Virus record (IMG/VR): IMGVR_UViG_643692013_000008
Location: 1 to 64,000 of that record
From: a virus
Lineage: Duplodnaviria > Caudoviricetes
DNA: 64,000 nucleotides
Strand: one strand, 5' to 3'
How positions within the stretch are numbered: the first letter of the stretch is position 1; the number at the start of each line of letters is the position of its first letter. The notes beneath the pieces are model-generated. The model saw only the letters and a list, made by a program, of their open reading frames with translations. It had not been told where the DNA came from and searched no databases. The position numbers and the translations under genes are program-made. Positions 27,421 through 36,121 of this stretch are shown here, piece by piece.

Positions 27421-28780
27421 CTACTCGATGTTGGTCAGCTCAGGATTGACCTGCTTGGCGCCCCGCGCCGCCTCGATGGCGATCTGGGCGTCGGCAAAGA
27501 CCATGTCGCCGAACTTGCTCTTCAGCGGCGGCATGTTGCGGCGGGCGCGGTACTCGTTCGGGGTGATCGCGTTGCCCTTGTATTCGAGCGTGTAGATGTC
27601 GGCCGTGGCCTTCTCGTCCTCGCGGTCGAGGCCGCCGGGCGTCAGCTCGATCTGCGTGTGGCCGAGCAGCCCCCAGATCACCTCGCGATTGAGGTACGAG
27701 GCGATCGCGCGCGCCATCGGCTTGATGGACAGATCCCAGTCGCGGTCTTCGGCCACCTCACCGTTGTTCCGGTTGATGTTCTGCTCCACCCCGAGGTTCT
27801 GGGCGCTGATGCCGAAGGCCACCGCGATCTCGCGGATGACGAACTCCTGGTACTTCAGGTACAACGCCTCGTCGCTTGCGCCACGGAGATTCAGTACCTT
27901 CGCGTCCTTGCCGCCGATGATCGGCACCTGGCCCTGCCCTTCGATTTCGTTCCGCCAGTAGCCGCGGAAGGCTTCGATGGTTTCCTGCGAGGCCTCCTGC
28001 AGGAAGATCAGGTTCTCCGGGTGGGCGTTGGCCGCGATGTCGCCGGCGTACTCCGCCACGCCCAGCAGCCGATTGATCGACTCGAAGGCGATCTCCAGCA
28101 TGCCGAAGGAGAACGGCGAATCGGTCGTCACCCGGTCCCGGATGTACACCAGCTCCCGGTTCAGCAGGTTGACGCCCTGCGCCACGCCGACATTCCCGTA
28201 GCCGTAGGTCTGGCAGTACCGGGGCTTCGCCTCGTCCCCGTCCCAGTCGGCGTAGATCTGGATCGAGAGCGCGTCGACCGGCCACATCCAGAGCGGACGC
28301 AGCTTGTCGCCGCCCAGCTCGGGCTCGATCGCGCCGGCGCCGCACACGCATAGGTCCTCGATCACCGCCTGCAGCAGCGTCGTGAACGTGTCCTGGTTGT
28401 TCGGGCTGAACAGGCAGGCGGACGTCACCTCGAGCTGGCGCTTGATCTCGCTGTTCTCGGCGACGTCCTTCTTCACCTTGACCGCCCATTCCAGCGAGGT
28501 GATCGAGCGCGTGTAGATCTGGATCGCGCGCGAGGCGTACGGGGTCTTCGAGAAGTACCGGAGGTTCGCCGGCACCGGCTTGATCAGCGGCCGGGCATCG
28601 CGCAAGCCCCATGAGCCGGTCTGCCGCAGGCGCGCGAATGCCGAGGTCCGCCGCTGCGGCTCGTGCTTCGGGCGCCCCCACGCGCCCGGCGCGGATCGCC
28701 CGCACCGCGCCGGCGATCGCCCGCTTCATGCGCGTCCAGCGCGACGGCGGCGGTCGCTGATGCAGCTTCGTGTGATCCAT
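27421..28780 (-). CDS. Portal protein, apparently frameshifted near its 5' end (intact frame 27421-~28690)
   Basis: HK97-like portal motifs (MWPVDA, REIAVAFGIS, ITPNEYRAR..MPP); natural ATG at 28780 is out of frame by 1 nt. Confidence 0.85.
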
Positions 28781-28790
28781 GAGGGTTCCG

Positions 28791-30350
28791 TTAGAGAGAG
28801 CCGAACGCGAATCCACCGCTGCGCTCGGGAAGCGCATACACCGCGCTGTCGCCCCTGTCGGGCGAGCGGCCAATGCGCTTCTTGATTTCTTCCTTCGACT
28901 CGACCAGGATGCCGCGCGGTGCCTTCCGGTACCGGGGCGCGCACAGGTCGGCCGCCAAGGCGGGATCCGGCGGAATTGCCAGGTCCTCGCCGTTGATCGG
29001 GTCGAGCGCCTCGCGCATGCGCCACCAGAGCAAGGCGCGCAGGTTCACGAAGCCGAACTGGCCGCTCATGTCCAGCTCATCCGTGCGGGCCGCGCCGGAG
29101 ATGCCCCAGATCTTGTCGCCGATCACCTGGTGGATGATGTCGAACGGGCTGGCGCCGACGCCGACCACGTCCAGGTTGACCAGCGTGCTCGGCTCGCGCA
29201 GGTTGAACACCTGCTGCGCGACGACGAAGCCGTCCGGCGTCGCGAGGCCCGGCTGGCACACCTGCTCGTCGAACCAGTTGCCGTACCGCGGCGTGTAGAT
29301 CGACTGGTCCTGGCCACCGCGCGCGACGTCGACGCCGAGGGCGGTCATCGGGATGCGCGGCCGGGACCTGGCGCGCCACCGTTCCTGCGCCAGCCGCACC
29401 CACTCGCTCGGGATCACCTGCCACGGATCATCCTCGCGACCGGCGGCGAAGTCGCCGTACAGCATCTTCGAGCGCAGCGGCTCGGGCAGCGCCTGCAGCT
29501 TCGCCACGTAGCCGGACTGCGCGTAGAAGGGGTTGTCCGTCACGCGCGCCGGGATGAAGGTGCGCGTCAGCGGCCGGATGATGTCCACCGCGTCGACCGT
29601 CGTCGGGTCGAACTCGTAGACCAGCACCTGGTCGCCGTTCTCCTGCTCGGCGATGATGAACGGGCGCCCGTCAGCGCACTCGATCTGCCGGCCCGCGACC
29701 GAGGCGAAGTAGCGCAGCTCGCCGGGCGCGGCCGGATTCGGGTGCATCGGGTCGAGCCATGGCGCGAACCAGCGGATCAGCCAGTCGCCGGTTGCATCGG
29801 TCGGCGGGTTCGAGCAGAGCAGCACCTGGCAGAGCTGGTTCGGATCCTCGCTCCGGTTCCAGCCGGCGATGAACTCCACCTGCGACTCGAGGAAGTTGGC
29901 CGCCTCGTCGAATACCTTCAGGTCATGCGGCCGCCCCTGGTACTTCAGCTTGTCGTCCTCGTACTGGACGGAGCCGAACTCGATCAGGCGCTTCTTTCCG
30001 GCGAACTCGCACCGCCAGACGCCCTTCTGGTTGAAGGCGCCGTACTCGCTGTAGATCTCACGCGACCGATCGATCATCCCCGACAGTTGGGGGTACTCGC
30101 GGCGCAGGATCAGCGCCCGCTGGTGCTGGGTCAGCGCCTTGCCGAGCGCCAGGTCGGTCTTCCCGCCTCCAGCCGCGCCGCCGTACAGGATCACGTCCGC
30201 CCGGCAGGCGTAGGCCTGCGACTGCGGCCCGGGCAGCGGCTTCCAGCTCAGCCGGTTACGCGCCTTCAGCGTCTGGAGCAGTGCCAGCTTGTCGGCTGCG
30301 CTCCAGGTACGCCAGTTCGGCTTCGATGGCGGCGTCGAGGTCGGCTGCAT
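28791..30350 (-). CDS. terL: Terminase large subunit
   Basis: Walker A GGAAGGGKT, Walker B FDEA, SNP coupling motif, GVDVARGG and SPDRGDS nuclease motifs. Confidence 0.94.
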   Translation of the reverse strand: MQPTSTPPSKPNWRTWSAADKLALLQTLKARNRLSWKPLPGPQSQAYACRADVILYGGAAGGGKTDLALGKALTQHQRALILRREYPQLSGMIDRSREIYSEYGAFNQKGVWRCEFAGKKRLIEFGSVQYEDDKLKYQGRPHDLKVFDEAANFLESQVEFIAGWNRSEDPNQLCQVLLCSNPPTDATGDWLIRWFAPWLDPMHPNPAAPGELRYFASVAGRQIECADGRPFIIAEQENGDQVLVYEFDPTTVDAVDIIRPLTRTFIPARVTDNPFYAQSGYVAKLQALPEPLRSKMLYGDFAAGREDDPWQVIPSEWVRLAQERWRARSRPRIPMTALGVDVARGGQDQSIYTPRYGNWFDEQVCQPGLATPDGFVVAQQVFNLREPSTLVNLDVVGVGASPFDIIHQVIGDKIWGISGAARTDELDMSGQFGFVNLRALLWWRMREALDPINGEDLAIPPDPALAADLCAPRYRKAPRGILVESKEEIKKRIGRSPDRGDSAVYALPERSGGFAFGSL

Positions 30351-30783
30351 CTGCTGGGTTCGGGGTGTCGAGGCCCCGAATCTTTCGGATGCCGCTGATG
30401 GCGAGGGATGCCGCCTCGGTGATCGTCTTGATGATCTTCGGGTCGGCCACATTCTTGACCGCGACTTCAAGCCGTACCAGGCAGGCGCGGTGCACGGCCA
30501 GCCCGCGCTCCATGTCCTGGATGTCGGCAGTCGCTGCGGTGGCGATCTGCTCGTGCGCGATCTGCGCACCCTCCTGCGAACTCCCCTGCGTACCGCCAGC
30601 CATGTGCGCATTGACCATGGCGCGCTTCGTGCCGCCCGGATCACGGCTCCAGCCAAGCTGCTTGGCCTTCTTGCGGATCATGGCTTCCGAGATACCGTGC
30701 GCACTCGCGATGGTGCGCACCGAATCCACGCCGGCTAGGTACGCACCCTCTATCGCGAGCCAGTCGACGCTCTTTACTGCCAT
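30256..30783 (-). CDS. terS: Terminase small subunit
   Basis: DW.AIE..Y.AG..S.R.IA..HGISE..IRK.AK..GW HTH; upstream of terL. Confidence 0.88.
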   Translation of the reverse strand: MAVKSVDWLAIEGAYLAGVDSVRTIASAHGISEAMIRKKAKQLGWSRDPGGTKRAMVNAHMAGGTQGSSQEGAQIAHEQIATAATADIQDMERGLAVHRACLVRLEVAVKNVADPKIIKTITEAASLAISGIRKIRGLDTPNPADAADLDAAIEAELAYLERSRQAGTAPDAEGA

Positions 30784-30898
30784 CTCTTACTCCCTGACTT
30801 CCAAGGGTTTACCCATTATTGATTCGATGAGCGGAGCCGCTATCTTCGTAGTCGGCATTCGACAGGATGCCGCCCTTAACCACACTGAGAGACCAGCC

Positions 30899-31192
30899 AT
30901 GCCGTATTTCACAGTCCGAGTCGTTTTGCACGACATCCCGAACAAGCATCACGCGACGTACGTCACACTCCATGAAGAGATGGAGAAAGGCGGATTCGAA
31001 CGCGAGATCGTCGGCAAGAACGGCACCTATCAATTGCCCCCAGCGGAATACCTCTTCAATGGCACCTTGACCGCCGTCCAGGTCCAAGAAAAAGCCACCG
31101 CTATCGCAAACAAGGTACACGCCAAGAACGGGGTCCTCGTCACTCAGGCCGCTCCCAACGGCCATGCCTGGTGCGGGCTAGACACCGTCTAA
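30899..31192 (+). CDS. GhoS/DUF2622-like (Cas2-fold) protein, antisense moron
   Basis: FTVRVVLH...Y..LHEEM...GF.R.I....G.YQLP.AEY pattern; 97 aa. Confidence 0.75.
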   Translation: MPYFTVRVVLHDIPNKHHATYVTLHEEMEKGGFEREIVGKNGTYQLPPAEYLFNGTLTAVQVQEKATAIANKVHAKNGVLVTQAAPNGHAWCGLDTV

Positions 31193-31226
31193 CCACCACG
31201 CCTCGCATATACCGTTCAAGCACGCG

Positions 31227-31263
31227 AAAAGAAAAAGCCCGCAACCGGTTTCCCGGTGCGGGC
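31227..31263 (-). terminator. Intrinsic terminator
   Basis: GCCCGCA...TGCGGGC stem plus long U-tract on the minus strand. Confidence 0.72.
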
Positions 31264-31305
31264 GAATCGTCGAGCGCGGGCCCGGCGAGAGGAGACCCGG
31301 TTCGA

Positions 31306-31578
31306 TTAGTCCGGCGCTTCGGTGAAGGTGACGTAGTACTTCTTGCCGGGAACGAGCGCGTCAACCACGACGCCGTTCTGAATCGTCGCCTTGAACTCGG
31401 CCATCGGCGTCGCTTCGCCGAAGATCGCGTTTTCGCTCGCTGCCTGCTTCTCGGTCGATCCTTCCCAAACCGCGCCGAATCGGACGGTCGCACCTGCTCG
31501 CTTCGAGGTGTCCTGACCGGCATAGCGCACCGTGGTGATGTCGTGAAGTTGCAGCTTGCATCGCATTACAGTGGACAT
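31306..31578 (-). CDS. Conserved phage hypothetical protein
   Basis: 90 aa, AGGAG RBS; EN..F..ATP...PGKKYYV.F pattern. Confidence 0.75.
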   Translation of the reverse strand: MSTVMRCKLQLHDITTVRYAGQDTSKRAGATVRFGAVWEGSTEKQAASENAIFGEATPMAEFKATIQNGVVVDALVPGKKYYVTFTEAPD

Positions 31579-31906
31579 GGTGATACTCCTGAAAATCGCC
31601 GTACGGCGTTGACAGGCATTGGCGTTGCAGTCTTACAGCCTGAGATGAACGAGTCGAGGGAATCCGCAAACAGCACTGACGTTATTTCGCGTCCTAGCCT
31701 AAGAAGCGGCGGCACAACCTTTCGGCCGACTTGCAGTGCGGCGCACCCGTTGTCACCCTCCGCGGGCCGGGCGAAATGCGATGGTCGGTTGTGGCTATCA
31801 CCCTCATGTGTGGCCCCGCCGCGATCCACGCATCCAGGCAGCGCCTGGAAACTCCCGCCGAAGGGTCACACATGAGGGGGCCCGTATCGCAGGGCCAGTG
31901 TCCGAG

Positions 31907-32041
31907 CTATGGGTGTCTTGCGAGAAAGCTGACAAATCCCCATACCAGCCCGCAGACGAAGATCACCGCGCCAGTTGAGGCGAGCAAGCAGGGCAATCGC
32001 TTGGCCAGCGCCCTTTTCAGGGAAAGCGCTCGTGTGTGCAT
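31907..32041 (-). CDS. 44-aa single-TM peptide (below ORF-track cutoff)
   Basis: GAGGTG RBS; MHTRALSLKRALAKRLPCLLASTGAVIFVCGLVWGFVSFLARHP. Confidence 0.55.
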   Translation of the reverse strand: MHTRALSLKRALAKRLPCLLASTGAVIFVCGLVWGFVSFLARHP

Positions 32042-32050
32042 CGATTCACC

Positions 32051-32350
32051 TCAATCTTGGCTTCGCTCCTCCTCGAGCTTGGCCTGCGTCATGCCGGTGA
32101 TGGAGACGATACGGCCGCCGGGCACGGCGCGATTCGCGGCCACGTCGGCCGCCAGGACGTCGCGAGCCCACGCCAGCGCCTTGCAGGCGTGCTGCCGGCA
32201 GCTGGACGCGTTCTTGAACTCGAAGCCGTCGACCGTGATCTCGACGCCGTCCTTCCCCATCTCGATCGTCACCCGGCCGACCGCAGTCAGGTCCGAGTAG
32301 TCGAGATCCCGGCCTTGTAGGGCGAAGCCGTGCGGCACGGGATCAGCCAC
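32051..32350 (-). CDS. Hypothetical protein
   Basis: 99 aa, GTG overlaps the upstream stop. Confidence 0.6.
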   Translation of the reverse strand: MADPVPHGFALQGRDLDYSDLTAVGRVTIEMGKDGVEITVDGFEFKNASSCRQHACKALAWARDVLAADVAANRAVPGGRIVSITGMTQAKLEEERSQD

Positions 32351-32612
32351 GGCGGCGACGGCGGCCGGTGGCCACCAGCAGGCTGACGATCGACAGCGCG
32401 GCCAGGCCACCGGCGACGAACTTCATCACCTTCAGCTCGGCGGCCTGGTCGTCCAGACGCTGGGCGGCGTCGCCGAAGTTCTGGTTCAGTTGCTGGGCGG
32501 TCAGCACCTGGCCGCTCTTGAACTGGACCATTTCGGCGCGAGCGGCGCCGGCGCCGAGCGACGCGGCGGCCACCACGACGGCGGCCGCGATCATGCGGTA
32601 GCGAGCATTCAT
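32343..32612 (-). CDS. Exported, C-terminally membrane-anchored mini-protein with tail-fibre-type GQVLTAxQLN motif
   Basis: AAGGA RBS; signal peptide ending ARA; QFKSGQVLTAQQLNQNF; short coiled coil; TM + RRRRR. Confidence 0.75.
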   Translation of the reverse strand: MNARYRMIAAAVVVAAASLGAGAARAEMVQFKSGQVLTAQQLNQNFGDAAQRLDDQAAELKVMKFVAGGLAALSIVSLLVATGRRRRRG

Positions 32613-32664
32613 CAGACGTTCCTTGGGACGGTTCGGAGGGTTCGGCCCGCGCCGTCCCGGAAAC

Positions 32665-32700
32665 GAAAAAGCCCCGCTCGACATAGTCGGCGGGGCTTTG
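32665..32700 (-). terminator. tR'-like terminator after the late promoter
   Basis: AAAGCCCCGC...GCGGGGCTTTTT hairpin. Confidence 0.78.
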
Positions 32701-32726
32701 GACACAACGCGTGCAGAATGACAACA

Positions 32727-32755
32727 AGTATACGTCTCTGTAACAGCGCGGTCAA
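32727..32755 (-). promoter_or_regulatory. Late promoter (pR'-like)
   Basis: TTGACC-17 bp-TATACT, downstream of the Q-like gene and just ahead of a terminator. Confidence 0.78.
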
Positions 32756-32759
32756 ACCA

Positions 32760-33224
32760 TTACAGCGTGACGGTGAATTCGTCTGCTTTCCTGCGGCGCC
32801 ATTGGTCGGCAGAGCTTTTCAGTTCGTCAATCACTGCTTGAACAGTCGCATGGTCGCCAGGGGTGGTTTTGCCATCCCAAAACCTATTCAGGCCGAGCGA
32901 GAGGAAAAGCCCGCTACCCGTTGCTCTTGCGTGAATCGGAATATCCACTCGCACCTTGCCCAAAACAATTTGAACATTGCATTTGATAGAGGGACCCTCC
33001 CTAACCGGCATGCTCGAAGCTTCGGAATCAGATGCGTTCCCGTAAACTGCGAGATCATCCTCTCCCCACAAAATGACCATTCCGCCGGCGTTAAGCTTAA
33101 GCTCAATTCCAGCTTTTAGTTGGTCAATAATCTTGCGAAGCTCTTCGACCTCAATATCGTATCTACCCTGCGCCACATCGAATTTGTGGAGCAGCTCTGC
33201 ATGGGAAACTTGCTCTTGGGCCAT
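32760..33224 (-). CDS. AT-rich moron, hypothetical protein
   Basis: GAGGAG RBS; low GC; between the Q-like gene and pR'. Confidence 0.65.
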   Translation of the reverse strand: MAQEQVSHAELLHKFDVAQGRYDIEVEELRKIIDQLKAGIELKLNAGGMVILWGEDDLAVYGNASDSEASSMPVREGPSIKCNVQIVLGKVRVDIPIHARATGSGLFLSLGLNRFWDGKTTPGDHATVQAVIDELKSSADQWRRRKADEFTVTL

Positions 33225-33265
33225 CTGCGCGATTCTCCTCAAAAAAATAATCCGCCGCAGCAGGA

Positions 33266-33919
33266 TTATGCATGAGACTGTTGCTGCCCGATAAGCCCCG
33301 TAGCTTCGAAATATGGTGTGAGAATACCAGCGGCCCGATTCTCCACTTCTCGAATTCGAGCTTCAATCTTGTCGAACGCTCGCTTGTAAGTCATGTGGTT
33401 CGCACCGAATGACTTCGCGAGATCACGAAAACTGATTTCAACTCGCGCGTGGTTGGCATACCGGCGCGCAAGCATGCAGTCGAGCGCGAGCGTCGAAATC
33501 CCATCGAACGACGGCGCCAGCCATCCAGACAAACTCCGGATCGCCTCCGCCCGCTCCCGCAGGAAGAAGAACCTCTTCGTGCCCTCAGGCGTACGCTCGT
33601 CGCCCAGTTGCCCATAGCGTGCCAGCACGGCCCAGCGCTCGATGTCCGGCAGCTTCGTGCGCACTGCGCTTACGACAACTGCGCACTGCGCGCGGACGTC
33701 GTCCATCCCAAGGCCGGCGAAGTTCACTGTCGATTCGACGACATCGCCGATGAGTTGGTTGAGCCAGATGCGCTGGCGCGCGGTAAGTGTCGGCTGCATC
33801 TCCATGATCTGGATCAGGGCCAGGCGGAAGGTGTTCTTCTCCCGGACCGGCTGCGCCATCACGAGGAAGGAGACGTGCAGTGCTTGCGAGGTCGATTGGA
33901 AGACGGCGTCCATGGTCAT
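33266..33919 (-). CDS. Late antiterminator Q-like protein
   Basis: Last early gene before pR'; C-terminal HTH (SFRDLAKSFG). Confidence 0.65.
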   Translation of the reverse strand: MTMDAVFQSTSQALHVSFLVMAQPVREKNTFRLALIQIMEMQPTLTARQRIWLNQLIGDVVESTVNFAGLGMDDVRAQCAVVVSAVRTKLPDIERWAVLARYGQLGDERTPEGTKRFFFLRERAEAIRSLSGWLAPSFDGISTLALDCMLARRYANHARVEISFRDLAKSFGANHMTYKRAFDKIEARIREVENRAAGILTPYFEATGLIGQQQSHA

Positions 33920-34182
33920 TGCGATCCAGTTTCAGTTACGGGGGGGTCTTTCTGCAGGTGATACAGGGCGCACCGGCGGCTGTCGGCCACCGACTTCGCC
34001 GGCCGGCGGACGCGGACGTCGCAGGCGACCTCAGGACCGCCAAGCGGCGAGCCGATCAGGTGCTTGCAGCCGGCGCACGTCCGCGTCGCGGCCCGACGGT
34101 CCGCCTCCTGCCGGCGCGCGCAGACTTCGGCCGGGTCCCGGAACGTCCAGCGCTCGCCCTCGTCCTTCCGACGTGTCTTCAA
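33916..34182 (-). CDS. Small Cys-rich hypothetical protein
   Basis: RDPAEV, CAGCKH; coupled on both sides. Confidence 0.6.
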   Translation of the reverse strand: MKTRRKDEGERWTFRDPAEVCARRQEADRRAATRTCAGCKHLIGSPLGGPEVACDVRVRRPAKSVADSRRCALYHLQKDPPVTETGSQ

Positions 34183-34598
34183 TCCCACTCGACACCTCGC
34201 TGGGCGGCCCACGCTTGCGCGCGCGTGATGAGGTCCGAGTACTCGCCGATCGTGATCTTCCCGCGGGCGGTCGACCGGCGCTGGCGGCGGATCTTGCCGC
34301 TCTCGCTCGCGGTCTCGGTCATGCCGAGGAACTCGAGCACCAGGTACTCGTGCCAGTAGGTGACATCGCGCAGGCAGCCGTCCTCGTCGGCTATGTGCTC
34401 GGCGATCTGCGGGAGCACCACGCTGTGCCAGTACGCGCGCTGGCTGTCCAGCGCGTCGTGCTCGGGGCTGGTGATGATCACCACCAGCGGCGTGCCGCGA
34501 TCGATGTACGCCTTGGCGTGCGCGCGAACCACCTCCACGATCGCTTCCCAGACCATCGGCGTCCGCAGGGAGAACGCCCGAAACACTCGCTCGCTCAT
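34179..34598 (-). CDS. NinB/Orf-like recombination protein
   Basis: Q..YW...L..IA and RST......EYSDLI....AWAA..GV motifs. Confidence 0.75.
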   Translation of the reverse strand: MSERVFRAFSLRTPMVWEAIVEVVRAHAKAYIDRGTPLVVIITSPEHDALDSQRAYWHSVVLPQIAEHIADEDGCLRDVTYWHEYLVLEFLGMTETASESGKIRRQRRSTARGKITIGEYSDLITRAQAWAAQRGVEWD

Positions 34599-34930
34599 TG
34601 CTTGCCCACCTCCAGGAGGCCGCGCTCCATCAGCGCGATGTAGGTCAGTGCCACCATCTCGATCTCGAATAGCCGCCGTTCGGATTTCGTCATCACGCCG
34701 CCCTGGTCGAGCATCGCGTGGCAACCGCGGATGCCCGGACGGTCGCAGCACAAGGCTGCGATCGCCGCGTCGCTCGCCTTCAGCGCGCCGCCCTTGCCAA
34801 GGTTCATGTGCGCGGCCTGCGTGTACCGCTCGACGCCGCAGTTCATGCAGGGGAGCGTCACCACCAGGCGCCGCAGATCCTCCGACCGGAAGGTGAGCAC
34901 TTTCGGGAATCCAATCAGGCGCGCCGTCAC
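34595..34930 (-). CDS. DUF968/DUF1364-like Zn-binding nuclease
   Basis: LPCMNCG...AAH...KASD...LC...CH. Confidence 0.72.
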   Translation of the reverse strand: MTARLIGFPKVLTFRSEDLRRLVVTLPCMNCGVERYTQAAHMNLGKGGALKASDAAIAALCCDRPGIRGCHAMLDQGGVMTKSERRLFEIEMVALTYIALMERGLLEVGKQ

Positions 34931-35217
34931 GTCCCCTCCCCGCGCGCGGCCGCGCACCGTTGGCAAACAGCAAATTCGCCGCGCTCGTGCAGCGCCGCAT
35001 TCCCGACTTCGAACCGCGTGTGCCCGCAGGCGGTGGCCACCGGGGTGATGAGCTGCGGCACGCCGTCGATCGACACCGGGCGCGCCGCCTCACGGCGAAA
35101 CCAGTGCGCACGTCGGCCGAAGGCGAGGAGCACCGCATACCCCTCAGTCCAATGCGCCGGCACGGATGCGCCCGGATGGGTATCGGGCAGCGGGCCGTCG
35201 ATGAACAGTCGCTCCAT
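34927..35217 (-). CDS. Zn-finger hypothetical protein
   Basis: H...CG...CQRC; coupled. Confidence 0.6.
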   Translation of the reverse strand: MERLFIDGPLPDTHPGASVPAHWTEGYAVLLAFGRRAHWFRREAARPVSIDGVPQLITPVATACGHTRFEVGNAALHERGEFAVCQRCAAARGEGT

Positions 35218-35585
35218 CAGGCGTCCGCGCCTCCACCCGCATCCATGTCCTGCCGATAAACACGTCCGATGACGGTCTGCAATGGAGCAACGGCGCCTGC
35301 GGCGACGGCAAACGGGCTTGACACCAGCATTCGCCAGTGCGGATCTCGCGGCGCGGCGGGAGAGAGTTCAGGGACGCCGGCGGTGTACAGGGCCCAGACC
35401 GAGGCTTGCGGCCCTTTGGTCTTTCGGCTCTGGACGACGCGCACCTCGTCGCAATGACGGGTCAGCGCGTCATGAACAGTCGTCAGCGGAATGCCGCTCG
35501 CCACGCTGATATCGCGCACGGACATGCCGTCGCTGCCCAGAAGCACCACTCGGATGCGGTTCCACGACGCGTCATGGCAGCTCAT
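35217..35585 (-). CDS. HTH protein
   Basis: MSVRDISVASGIPLTTVHDAL HTH. Confidence 0.62.
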   Translation of the reverse strand: MSCHDASWNRIRVVLLGSDGMSVRDISVASGIPLTTVHDALTRHCDEVRVVQSRKTKGPQASVWALYTAGVPELSPAAPRDPHWRMLVSSPFAVAAGAVAPLQTVIGRVYRQDMDAGGGADA

Positions 35586-36121
35586 TGGATGCCCTCCATC
35601 GACATGCCGAGGTGCATGATGGCCAGCGCGTCGGCCGTGTCGTCTTCCTCGGCCCCCACCCGGAAACCGCGCCGACGAGCCTCGTCGATCATGGCCTCCT
35701 TGCTCGCCTTGCCGTTGCCGGTCCAGGCCTTCTTCACGGTCCCGACCGACACCGCGACCAGGCGAACGCGCTGGACATCGCACCACGCCTCCAGGTGCGC
35801 GAGGAACCCGCCGTACACGTGTGCGGCGATCGTGTTCGGATGATCCTTCGTGCCGTGGGCCATGACGTGCTCGTAGTAGATCGCGTGGATCTCGCCGGCC
35901 GCGGCAAAGTGATTGCCGAGCATGGCGCGGAACTTCAGCCACCGTTGCCCGGGCCCGTCGGTCCGCTTCGCGGAGAAGTTCTTCGTCCCGTAGGTCAGGA
36001 CGCCGCCTTTCGAAAGCGCCCAGCCGCACTGCGTGCCGAGGTCGAGCGCCAGCAGGTTCAGACCGCCCAGCGCCGGCGGCGCCTCCGCGACGTCGAACTC
36101 GGTGGTGATGTCAGTCGTCAT
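35582..36121 (-). CDS. RuvC-like Holliday junction resolvase
   Basis: LALDLG..CGWA, YE, TVKK..TGNGKASK and DTADALA motifs. Confidence 0.85.
   Translation of the reverse strand: MTTDITTEFDVAEAPPALGGLNLLALDLGTQCGWALSKGGVLTYGTKNFSAKRTDGPGQRWLKFRAMLGNHFAAAGEIHAIYYEHVMAHGTKDHPNTIAAHVYGGFLAHLEAWCDVQRVRLVAVSVGTVKKAWTGNGKASKEAMIDEARRRGFRVGAEEDDTADALAIMHLGMSMEGIQ

Noticed and set aside
30351-30656. N-terminal 102 aa of the track's 621-aa terL
   Set aside because: Overlaps terS in another frame and looks non-coding; the start at 30350 is more plausible
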